Part shown: in pieces, positions 56,094 to 64,000 of the stretch
How positions within the stretch are numbered: the first letter of the stretch is position 1
Layout: every line of letters begins with the position of its first letter
Source: an uncultured virus (IMG/VR IMGVR_UViG_3300031772_000017)
Taxonomy: Duplodnaviria > Heunggongvirae > Uroviricota > Caudoviricetes
Direction: 5' to 3' (one strand)
Virus record (IMG/VR): IMGVR_UViG_3300031772_000017
DNA length: 64,000 bases
Position numbers and translations under genes: made by a program
Notes under the pieces: generated by a model
The model's database searches: none
What the model saw: the letters and a program-made list of their open reading frames with translations, nothing else
Told to the model about the DNA's origin: nothing

Positions 56094-57235
56094 AATATCA
56101 GTCCCTCCGCAATCATCTTTTCGAGTTTCGGAGTCACGATTGTATCCACGACTAGGTGGATTCGTTCTTCTGCTCCTCCATTGATCGCCATATGAGGTTT
56201 GCGTGTGTCAATCAACCAACATTCACCTAGCCCATAATGGTATTTCTCTTCGATATCATTTCCGTTCCATGTGCTGAAGAGGACTTTCGGATTTGTTTTG
56301 AGAGGGAAATGCAAGCGAGCTAGGGCGCCTAGTGAGTTTCCGGCGTCAGGATCAACCTGATCGGTATGTTTCAATAACTCTCCCCCAGCAGGAGCCAACC
56401 GCATAAGTCTAACCCGGTGCACATCCCCATCTAAAAATGAGAGAAGTTCCCGTACTTCAGGAAATTCTGAGTAGAGTGCTGTGTCTTGGAGTTCGTAGTG
56501 TTCATCTTTGTGTTCTTCCTTCCACTTTTTATTCATCTCTATGGGTTTCGTGATAAACGCCGGGTCCGCTGAATATCCCCGTAGTGCAAGTGCAGACCAC
56601 GCATTCATGGTGTTATAATTGCTGTAATGATTCGTGTACTTCAAAGCTTTCTGTTCGATCTTCTTGAGGATTAAGAGAGGAAGTGTTGATCCTACAGATG
56701 CAATCTTTGCCATGCCAATGAGTTCAGCGGGAGGCACAATCGGATGCACTCTAGGTCCACCACATCCCCATTTGTTGTCACGGTAATAGACAGACATGAT
56801 TTCCGCAAAGGATGAGACTTTATATCCAATCTTTTTGAACCCATGATGTTCTGCAAGCTCACATATATAGCGGTCTGCTGCCCAGGAAAATAACCAACAT
56901 GGTTCATGACTATGATCGTCGAGAGCCAATCCTAAACTATATACCCCCCCGCAGAGGCGAGAGAAAGAAACGTCACCCTTCTTTTTCTCTCCAATGACCG
57001 TATCTCCGTGCATGTAAATCTTAGAGTTCACTTTTGCACGTTCCACCACTAATCCCGCTTCTATTTTTTTCCCATAGTCTAAGTATTGCAGCGTTCCTGT
57101 GCGGAGTCGTTCAGCGATGTTGTTCTTCTTGAATTTGGAGAATGGAGAGACCGCAAATTTGTTGTAGGGTGCATAGAACGCCTCAATTTCCTTGAGATAG
57201 TCGAGATCGTATCCGCGCTGCCAGTTTTTCATCAT
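56090..57235 (-). CDS. two-domain protein: GNAT-like N-terminus plus aspartyl/asparaginyl beta-hydroxylase-like 2OG oxygenase
   Basis: C-terminal RVRLMRL..GGEL.KHTD..RLHFPL.TN..W.IDTRKPH.AIN..RIHLVVD; N-terminal HHGFKKIG suggests a GNAT-like fold (weaker). Confidence 0.7.
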   Translation of the reverse strand: MMKNWQRGYDLDYLKEIEAFYAPYNKFAVSPFSKFKKNNIAERLRTGTLQYLDYGKKIEAGLVVERAKVNSKIYMHGDTVIGEKKKGDVSFSRLCGGVYSLGLALDDHSHEPCWLFSWAADRYICELAEHHGFKKIGYKVSSFAEIMSVYYRDNKWGCGGPRVHPIVPPAELIGMAKIASVGSTLPLLILKKIEQKALKYTNHYSNYNTMNAWSALALRGYSADPAFITKPIEMNKKWKEEHKDEHYELQDTALYSEFPEVRELLSFLDGDVHRVRLMRLAPAGGELLKHTDQVDPDAGNSLGALARLHFPLKTNPKVLFSTWNGNDIEEKYHYGLGECWLIDTRKPHMAINGGAEERIHLVVDTIVTPKLEKMIAEGLIL

Positions 57236-57924
57236 TAGTTCTCCCTATTGGACTGTACCGATGTTACGGGAATTTGATGTGGGGAGGATGAGTTAGTATC
57301 TGTTCGTCCATACGTCTTATCCTTCCCCGAAATCCGCAATAGTTGTGCCTTCCGGTCTACAACTTGTTGAATCTTCTTGAACAGCTTCTTGCGCTTCTTC
57401 TGCGCCATTTGTAACGTTAAGTTTCCGACTAGCTTCGTGAATACACGTCCTTCAAGGTGATCGTATTCGTGTTGTGCTGCACGGGCAGTCGCTCCGGTCC
57501 AATTCGCTTCAATTCGCTTTCCGAATTCATTCGTGTACTTGATATGGATAGACTCAGGACGAGTGATGTTCAAATACAGACCAGGGAAACTCAAACATCC
57601 TTCCTTTGTGAAGTTTGTTTCCTTTGACGATCCAATAATCACTGGGTTGATACAGACGATACCCCCAATCAACACAAAAATGCGATAAGGAAATCCGCAT
57701 TGAGGAGCCGCGAGACCCACACCCCCATAATGACTCATCGTGTAGAGGAGTTGATTACAGAAGTCGATAATATTGACAGGTGAATTCTTGATATCGAATT
57801 CCTTATGCTTCAACGCGAGCATAGGATTTTTGTCGTTGTACAAGGGGAATAGCTCCGGTTTCTTAGCATCAATCTTCGGAGCAACCTCTGTATTGTAGAC
57901 AAAGTTCTTGAGTTCATCGTTCAT
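57235..57924 (-). CDS. def: peptide deformylase
   Basis: GVGLAAPQ, EGCLS, QHEYDHL; start taken at MNDELKNF. Confidence 0.92.
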   Translation of the reverse strand: MNDELKNFVYNTEVAPKIDAKKPELFPLYNDKNPMLALKHKEFDIKNSPVNIIDFCNQLLYTMSHYGGVGLAAPQCGFPYRIFVLIGGIVCINPVIIGSSKETNFTKEGCLSFPGLYLNITRPESIHIKYTNEFGKRIEANWTGATARAAQHEYDHLEGRVFTKLVGNLTLQMAQKKRKKLFKKIQQVVDRKAQLLRISGKDKTYGRTDTNSSSPHQIPVTSVQSNREN

Positions 57925-57934
57925 ATGGCACCCC

Positions 57935-59638
57935 TTATCCGATCCGTGAAAAGTTTTGTTGCCTGCTAAATCTGACCACGTTTTGGAACTTATCCTGCAA
58001 TAGGTCTCCGCGGTGACTAATGACAAATACGTTTGTTGCTTCCAAATTATGCAGGATTTTCATGAGTTCTTCTGTTCCGGTATTGTCTAGACTGGAATCG
58101 AAAATCTCATCCAGAATCAATAGATTCGTTGCCGCTGAATTCTTCAATTTCGCTACGGCTCTCCATGTGAGAACGAGTGCCATATCTATGCGTTGTTTTT
58201 CTCCTTCAGAGAACGAGTGATACGTGAATTCGTCACGATGTCGAGACTTGATCGTTTCCTTAAACGTCTCATCCAAATTGAAGTTGACGAAAAAATCCAT
58301 TCCCGCTAAGTATTTATTCACTAACGTATTGATGATAGGAAGATATTGACGAATAATCTTCGTTTTGATCCCCGTATCCTTCAATAAAGTACCCGCAGCT
58401 TCATGATACGCTGCTGTTTCGAGCAAGTCTTTTTTATCCTGCTCCAACCTCGTCAGTTCAAGTTTGTACTCCTCAAGTCGTGACTGATTCACAAGAGGCG
58501 TCGTATGTGTGCTGAGTGCATGGAGTCGCGTATTAGATTTTGCATTGAACTTCTCAATTTCTCGGATGGACGTTTCGGCTGTTGCGATGTGTCTTTCATT
58601 ATCTGAAATTAACGCTTCGATTTTGAAGAATGCTGATAATTGTGTTTGAGCCGACATGACCTTCTCGTTGAGTTGCCCCAATCCTGTTGTGCATTCGTCG
58701 ATCTTGTTGTTGAGGTCTTCATACTGAGACTGCTTAAAGATTTTATCAATGACTTGACCACACGTTGGGCACTTTGTTTCTGTTGCGTAGAAGTTCGCGG
58801 TTTTATGATGCCTCGTGATCGCATTTTCAATCTGTGACTCTAGCTGTGTCAGCTTTTTCAGTGCATTGGTTATTTTCGCTTTGTCCTTGATTTGGACAAT
58901 AAGTTCTTGTGAATCCGAACGATGGATAGCGATTTCCTCATTGAGTCGTGCGACTTCGAGATTATTATGAAGCTTCTCTTGCTCGATAGACCTGATCTGA
59001 GCATTCACGTCTTGCTGTGCTTCTATGATGTAACGTTCCTGCATAGAAATTTTTTCGAGTTCCGCGACGATTGCAGCTTTGTTTAACAAGCGAGCATTTA
59101 GATTTTCCGACATCCACGTTTTAAGGAGTTTGTTCATGCGGGAAAAAATTTGAATATCGAGCAAGTCCTCAATGACTTCACGCCTATCGCTCGCTTTGAG
59201 TTGCATGAATGGAGTGAAACCCGCTGTTCCAAGAATGACGATCTGTGTAAAACTTTTGTAGTTCAGCTTGAGAATTGTTTGCTCAAGGTCGCCCTGATAA
59301 TCCACAGACGCCGTTTGATCTTTGAGAACCCCATCCCGGTAGATTTCAAACACGTCTGGTTTGATCCCTCGGACCACTTTATATTCATGGTTATCCGCAC
59401 GGAATTCCACTTCAACAAGCGTATCCTTCGTGTTGATGGAATTGACGAGTGCTCCCTTGTTAATGTCCCTGAAAGGAGTATTGTACAGACTGAAACAGAG
59501 AGCATCCAGTAATGTTGACTTACCTGATCCATTTTGTCCAACAACGAGGGTATTCTGTGTCTTGTTGAGATTTACTTCCGTCCAGTAATTCCCTGTACTT
59601 AGAAAATTCCGCCATCGCAAAGACTTGAAATGTAACAT
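57935..59638 (-). CDS. 46: recombination nuclease ATPase subunit gp46 (Rad50/SbcC-like)
   Basis: GQNGSGKST, CPTC zinc hook, FSEGEKQRID, LILDEIFD. Confidence 0.96.
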   Translation of the reverse strand: MLHFKSLRWRNFLSTGNYWTEVNLNKTQNTLVVGQNGSGKSTLLDALCFSLYNTPFRDINKGALVNSINTKDTLVEVEFRADNHEYKVVRGIKPDVFEIYRDGVLKDQTASVDYQGDLEQTILKLNYKSFTQIVILGTAGFTPFMQLKASDRREVIEDLLDIQIFSRMNKLLKTWMSENLNARLLNKAAIVAELEKISMQERYIIEAQQDVNAQIRSIEQEKLHNNLEVARLNEEIAIHRSDSQELIVQIKDKAKITNALKKLTQLESQIENAITRHHKTANFYATETKCPTCGQVIDKIFKQSQYEDLNNKIDECTTGLGQLNEKVMSAQTQLSAFFKIEALISDNERHIATAETSIREIEKFNAKSNTRLHALSTHTTPLVNQSRLEEYKLELTRLEQDKKDLLETAAYHEAAGTLLKDTGIKTKIIRQYLPIINTLVNKYLAGMDFFVNFNLDETFKETIKSRHRDEFTYHSFSEGEKQRIDMALVLTWRAVAKLKNSAATNLLILDEIFDSSLDNTGTEELMKILHNLEATNVFVISHRGDLLQDKFQNVVRFSRQQNFSRIG

Positions 59639-59681
59639 TATTGTGTTGACTCCATTTTATGAGGGCAAACTCCCTGCGATT

Positions 59682-60437
59682 TTATAGATTTTCATTTATT
59701 CGCTTCTCTGCAATTTTGAAATACTCAGCATCAAGTTCAATGCCGATAAAATTGCGGTTTAGATTTTTACAAGCTACTCCTGTTGTTCCAGAACCCATGC
59801 AGTTATCAAGAACTAAATCACCTTCATTGGTGTAGGTCTTGATAAGATATTCAAACAGGGCTACTGGTTTTTGGGTGGGGTGGAGTTTCTCTGCGTCTTC
59901 TTTTATATCCGTTAGTGTTTGTTTTGGGTACCCCGTAAATTCTTGTATGTATTCTTTTCCTTCTGTTCTTAAGCTACCTTTATTTTTACTATCATCTATA
60001 CTCATTCTTAAACTTTCACCCCCACGATTTTTACTATTTTTACACTTCTTGTCTATTCTAATTAAATCTTGTGGAAAGTAATTTGTTCGTTCTTTTGAGA
60101 AAACTAAAATATCTTCATAATTTCTAAGGGGTTGTTTTTTTGCATTTGCAAATCCTGTGATTCCATTTTTTACCCACACCCACTCATACTTAAACATCTT
60201 GATATTACTCATAACCAAAGCACTGGTAAAAGGTTGGCTCGCTGTTAGGACTATCGCTCCGTTGTCTTTTATAATTCTTTTATATTGCTCCCACAACGGC
60301 TCAAAGGGGATTATTGTATCCCATTTGCAAGCAGTAGTCCCATAGGGCAAATCACAAAGTATCATGTCAATACTCTTATCAGGAATATCTTTCGTCTTCT
60401 CCAAGCAATCTCCTTGTATTAGTTTAATGTTTGTCAT
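59682..60437 (-). CDS. site-specific DNA methyltransferase (N6-A/N4-C, beta class)
   Basis: DLPYG, HPTQKP, VLDNCMGSGTTG. Confidence 0.92.
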   Translation of the reverse strand: MTNIKLIQGDCLEKTKDIPDKSIDMILCDLPYGTTACKWDTIIPFEPLWEQYKRIIKDNGAIVLTASQPFTSALVMSNIKMFKYEWVWVKNGITGFANAKKQPLRNYEDILVFSKERTNYFPQDLIRIDKKCKNSKNRGGESLRMSIDDSKNKGSLRTEGKEYIQEFTGYPKQTLTDIKEDAEKLHPTQKPVALFEYLIKTYTNEGDLVLDNCMGSGTTGVACKNLNRNFIGIELDAEYFKIAEKRINENL

Positions 60438-61513
60438 TGAGCATCAACCTTATCATTTACAGCTTCCACATAGAGTTGCTGTAGGATATTCTTCAGACAT
60501 TCGGGTTTCACGGACCCCGGCATCACCATTCCATCGACACACTTGCGAATGATCGTGATAGTGTCCTCGGCTTGATCTACGACCCCCTGTGTTGTATCTA
60601 GGGCTGCTTCTGTATAGTCCTCCACCACAGTTACGTCAATCGGACTTGCTTTATAGAGAAAGTCCATGACGGTATCGAACAGGTAGGGGTTCTGCTTGCG
60701 TAACACAACAACTTTAACGAAACTCTTACTGTACTTACTGAAGTCGTGATGCTTCCAGAATTCAAAGTTCTGGGTTGAGTCGTCATAGACGAACTTGTGG
60801 AACAATCGGAATGGATTCAGCACAAATGTCAATTCACGGGTCTCCGTGTCGAACACATGGAAGCCGCGAGGATCATTGTAATCCACCCAAGTGATTTCCA
60901 CTTGATTGCCGAGATAGTAGATCAATCCATTATCGCTCTTGTGGTGGAAGTGTCCTGAGAGAACCATATCAAAGCGATTGAATATTTCCTTGTGCATTCC
61001 ATCGAAACACACATTCCCCTGATCCATCTCAAATCCTCTGATTTCCAAGTGACCAAAGATAACCGGTGCGTCTGTCGTGCGGAGAAAGTTCAGGGACTCT
61101 TCCATGTTTCCTGAGTTCATCCAGGGCACCATGGCGACTTTCAAACTATCGAAGTAGACATTCTCTACACCCGTATAAATTGCGATATTAGGGTAGCCTC
61201 CACACAATTCACCCAGAGCATTGACTTCGTTCGTATTTCGATAGTAACAGTCGTGGTTCCCTGTCAGCATATGCACGTCGATGTTGTGACTGAGGAGTAC
61301 ATCGAAGAAGTTCTTGCGCCAGGAATTCCATGTTGCATAGTTGATGAACTTGCGACGATCCACCACGTCACCTAGATGCACCACAGTCTTGATCGAATGC
61401 GTCTCAAGGTACGGGAAGAATATCTCCCGATAGAACTTATGGAAGTACTCATTCACGTTTGGATCATCACCGCGAGCCCCAAAATGACTGTCGGAAATTA
61501 AGGCCACTAGCAT
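60434..61513 (-). CDS. 47: recombination nuclease subunit gp47 (Mre11/SbcD-like)
   Basis: SDSHFG, LGDVVDRRK, GNHD, GHLE, SGHFH. Confidence 0.95.
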   Translation of the reverse strand: MLVALISDSHFGARGDDPNVNEYFHKFYREIFFPYLETHSIKTVVHLGDVVDRRKFINYATWNSWRKNFFDVLLSHNIDVHMLTGNHDCYYRNTNEVNALGELCGGYPNIAIYTGVENVYFDSLKVAMVPWMNSGNMEESLNFLRTTDAPVIFGHLEIRGFEMDQGNVCFDGMHKEIFNRFDMVLSGHFHHKSDNGLIYYLGNQVEITWVDYNDPRGFHVFDTETRELTFVLNPFRLFHKFVYDDSTQNFEFWKHHDFSKYSKSFVKVVVLRKQNPYLFDTVMDFLYKASPIDVTVVEDYTEAALDTTQGVVDQAEDTITIIRKCVDGMVMPGSVKPECLKNILQQLYVEAVNDKVDAQ

Positions 61514-61574
61514 GTATAATCCTCCAAAATTGCCGCCAGTCGATTGGTGCGAGACTGAGATGGAAACTGGTTCA

Positions 61575-62120
61575 CTACAAGTCTCCTATAAATCTGAGTG
61601 TTCCGTAAGTGCTGCTCATTTTCACTTTCACTTTCTTACGGCTCTTAGCTTCCCGCTTTGCCTCGAATGTGTGGATGAAGTCTGAGATATTCTCATATAC
61701 CTGAAATGGGCGCACCTCGTCAGTTTCGTGCATATTGGAATGTTGGAGGAGTCCTAGTTGCTCAGTAGCTTTGTACTTCACGTAGAGTTGTGTTTTTTCG
61801 CGGCTGATTCGTCGGAGAAATGCCCAGTAGATGATCTTAGTAAAGTAACCGAATGGATTTCTAGAAATACTGGGATTAAAGTTATGAACATACTGAATGC
61901 AATTCTCCACCGCATCCGAGATCATATCCTCTCTGAATGTATAGGACGAGAAGTTCGCTTTACGACTCAGGTGTTCGGCTATCTTGAAGAAGCACAACCC
62001 AATATAATCACTCAAACAGGGGGGTGTTCGCTTTTCCTTTTTTGCCTTTGTGATTTCTTTACGGTGTTTAATGAGTGCATTTAGAAGGTCGGAATTATTG
62101 ACGTAATGTGTTGATGACAT
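61575..62120 (-). CDS. 55: late-transcription sigma factor gp55
   Basis: HYVNN, NFSSYTFREDMISDAVENC, NPFGYFT.I...AFLRRI..EK. Confidence 0.93.
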   Translation of the reverse strand: MSSTHYVNNSDLLNALIKHRKEITKAKKEKRTPPCLSDYIGLCFFKIAEHLSRKANFSSYTFREDMISDAVENCIQYVHNFNPSISRNPFGYFTKIIYWAFLRRISREKTQLYVKYKATEQLGLLQHSNMHETDEVRPFQVYENISDFIHTFEAKREAKSRKKVKVKMSSTYGTLRFIGDL

Positions 62121-62128
62121 AATCTCCT

Positions 62129-62629
62129 TTAATGTGCAGTATTCGAATTTCCCCAGTTTTCATTGGTTTCAAAAAACTGAATAATTGAATCCGACACGTT
62201 ATCCTTAGTTGAGGTTTTATTCTTCAGTTGTTCTTCTTTGAAGGATTTGTAGTTGCGCTCCTCTATTTTCTCAATATATCTAAGACGTTCTCGAAAATCA
62301 CTTCCAAAGGTCTTTAGATTGTCTATTTCTATGTCGGCCCACGTCATATATAGTTTCACACATTCAGGAGAGGCATTAAGAAAGCCGGAAATTTCACACT
62401 CCTTGATAGAGGTTCGAGTATCTGAAAGGAGTTCGAAGGGCACCCATGGTACTAATCTCATCATGACAGTCCTCGTGGGTCCTCGTTCCACTACGATGTG
62501 AGCGGGGGTAACAAAGGACACTGGGTCTTCCGCGTTTTTCCCCATCTGAAGCTCTGTGATAATAAGTTCCCCTGTTCTCATGCGGATCATTTTAATTATT
62601 CTGAACGTCTCACTCTTTGTTTCATCCAT
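62129..62629 (-). CDS. hypothetical protein
   Basis: 166-aa ORF between uvsW and 55. Confidence 0.7.
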   Translation of the reverse strand: MDETKSETFRIIKMIRMRTGELIITELQMGKNAEDPVSFVTPAHIVVERGPTRTVMMRLVPWVPFELLSDTRTSIKECEISGFLNASPECVKLYMTWADIEIDNLKTFGSDFRERLRYIEKIEERNYKSFKEEQLKNKTSTKDNVSDSIIQFFETNENWGNSNTAH

Positions 62630-64000
62630 GTGACCCCAATTCTATTATGTATTGTTTGAAATTGTATTTTTCAGAGTTATACAATGTAGCGCGGAACTTG
62701 AAATGTTGGAGGAGTAAATTTTCGTGTTTTCCAATTCGCAAATCATCGACAATATCAAACAATGTTACGTGTGTTTTTCCCTCTGCATTCCTCAGACCCC
62801 GTCCGATGGATTGTAAGTTTCGAATACGTGACTTCGAGGGGGACGCAAAGATGATGTTATGGAGATTTCTGATGTTGATACCCGTGCTGAATGTACCATA
62901 TGACGCTACAACAATCGCGTTTGTACTTCCCTCGGTAATCTTTCGGACTTCTTCACGTTCTAATGCCTCAACTCCCCCATGCACAAAAAATACAGGTCTT
63001 CCCTCAGTCACATGGTCACGAATATCCTCGAACATCGGTTTTCCGTGGCTTTCGACAAGCTTAAACAGGATGAGAGTGTTGCCAACCAATGATAGTGCAA
63101 GATTCCGAACGAACATATTCCGTGGTGCATACTTCACGGCAAAGTCATACTCTTCTTTATAGTCGTCCTTCTTGTGCTCTCTGCAAACTTCTTCGGGGTA
63201 TTTCAATATCAAACAATTGATCTTGAGTTCTGCAAGCTTCCTCTCATCCATTAGACCTTTTGTTGTCGCTGCAACGTATTTTGGTCCAAAGTGTCCCTCA
63301 ATCACTAATTGGTGTGTTTTTGTCCCATCCAGCGTTCCCGTTGTTCCAATTCGAACATCCGCGTTAATGAGATTTGACATAATACCATTCAGTGATTTTG
63401 CTTTGAATCCGTGTGCTTCATCCCCAATTACAAAGTCAAATTGGTGCATGTAGTCACTGGGTTGGAGATGGAGAGATTGCCAGGTCGAAATCGTGAGGAA
63501 GTTACTGGTTTTCTTGTCTTTTCCTTCATACAGTCGGTGTACAAATTTGTCCGAATCCCAACCATAGTCTTTGAAGTCTCCGAACAACTGCTCTACCAGT
63601 CCTGTGTTAGGAACAATGATGAGTCCCCGCTTATGACTGAGTTGTAGAAATCGAACAATGAGATACATGAGGAGAGATTTACCGGATGCTGTTGGACTGA
63701 CAACAAGAATACGACGTTTGCGAATGCTCTTGGCGAACGCTTCAATCTGATGATCGTATGGGATATGAGGTAGTTTGAGTGAGTCGGCGAACTTCTTAGC
63801 TTCAGCAATCGAGAAGTTGGTGGTTAAGCGAACGGCATCATCGATAGAAAGAGTGTATTGACGATCCGCTGCAAATTGTTCGAGATAATCGACAATACCA
63901 AAAGGGAGAGTACGAGTCCGAAGATTAGCAAGATATATTTTTCCATCCCACATACCACTTTTGAAAAGGGGCATGAACTGATGTCCTGGGACAAAAAACG
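62622..64000 (-). CDS. uvsW: UvsW DNA helicase (5' end lies outside the window)
   Basis: SPTASGKS, GDEAH, GTTGT, STGINI, QSIGRGLR; the frame stays open to the window edge. Confidence 0.95.
   Translation of the reverse strand, partial: FFVPGHQFMPLFKSGMWDGKIYLANLRTRTLPFGIVDYLEQFAADRQYTLSIDDAVRLTTNFSIAEAKKFADSLKLPHIPYDHQIEAFAKSIRKRRILVVSPTASGKSLLMYLIVRFLQLSHKRGLIIVPNTGLVEQLFGDFKDYGWDSDKFVHRLYEGKDKKTSNFLTISTWQSLHLQPSDYMHQFDFVIGDEAHGFKAKSLNGIMSNLINADVRIGTTGTLDGTKTHQLVIEGHFGPKYVAATTKGLMDERKLAELKINCLILKYPEEVCREHKKDDYKEEYDFAVKYAPRNMFVRNLALSLVGNTLILFKLVESHGKPMFEDIRDHVTEGRPVFFVHGGVEALEREEVRKITEGSTNAIVVASYGTFSTGINIRNLHNIIFASPSKSRIRNLQSIGRGLRNAEGKTHVTLFDIVDDLRIGKHENLLLQHFKFRATLYNSEKYNFKQYIIELGSHG

Noticed and set aside
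44..63647. Numerous plus-strand and nested ORFs in the six-frame track
   Set aside because: They are antisense or out-of-frame shadows of well-supported minus-strand genes, with no motifs or RBS (exception: 8097-8627).
1..64000. Stop-codon reassignment (alternative genetic code)
   Set aside because: Core genes are full length under the standard code, and TAA, TAG and TGA all occur as genuine ends.
1..64000. tRNA, tmRNA or rRNA genes
   Set aside because: No cloverleaf with a T-loop consensus was recognised by eye in the intergenic gaps; tRNAscan or Infernal would be needed to exclude them fully.
1..64000. Diversity-generating retroelement, integrase or transposon explaining the repeats
   Set aside because: No reverse transcriptase, recombinase or transposase ORF is in the window, and there is no adenine-specific repeat pair.

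Overview
This 64 kb window is part of a large T4-like myophage genome. It uses the standard genetic code and almost every gene is on the minus strand. The T4-type replication and recombination core is present (uvsW partial, 55, 47, 46, 1, 45, 44, 62, regA, 43, uvsX, 40-like, 41, 61), together with thyX, a class II ribonucleotide reductase, dCMP deaminase, peptide deformylase, two DNA methyltransferases, a holin and an M15 endolysin. Four accessory blocks stand out. (1) A PRPP-synthetase-like plus NAMPT-like pair (NARP1-type NAD+ reconstitution) with a NADAR gene, 0.6-4.0 kb. (2) A 13.6-26.4 kb block of His/Lys-rich proteins with T4 capsid-targeting-like N-termini. It includes a 1433-aa protein built from unrelated small modules separated by repeated EQLDE prohead-protease-like sites, five of which are encoded by an identical 15-bp DNA repeat: a candidate packaged, processed polyprotein cassette array. 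(3) A 26.5-36 kb operon with a non-carboxylating RuBisCO-like protein, a cupin, a HAD-nucleotidyltransferase fusion, four glycosyltransferases and four methyltransferases: a candidate novel sugar-nucleotide and glycosylation pathway. (4) A PLP enzyme, amino-methyltransferase and 2OG-hydroxylase group at 51-57 kb. Non-coding signals include a family of sigma70-like promoters, (C/T)ATAAATA late promoters, a ~520 bp hairpin-rich intergenic region and a ~130 nt promoter-to-terminator small transcript. All assignments come from motif recognition by eye; no database search or folding program was run.
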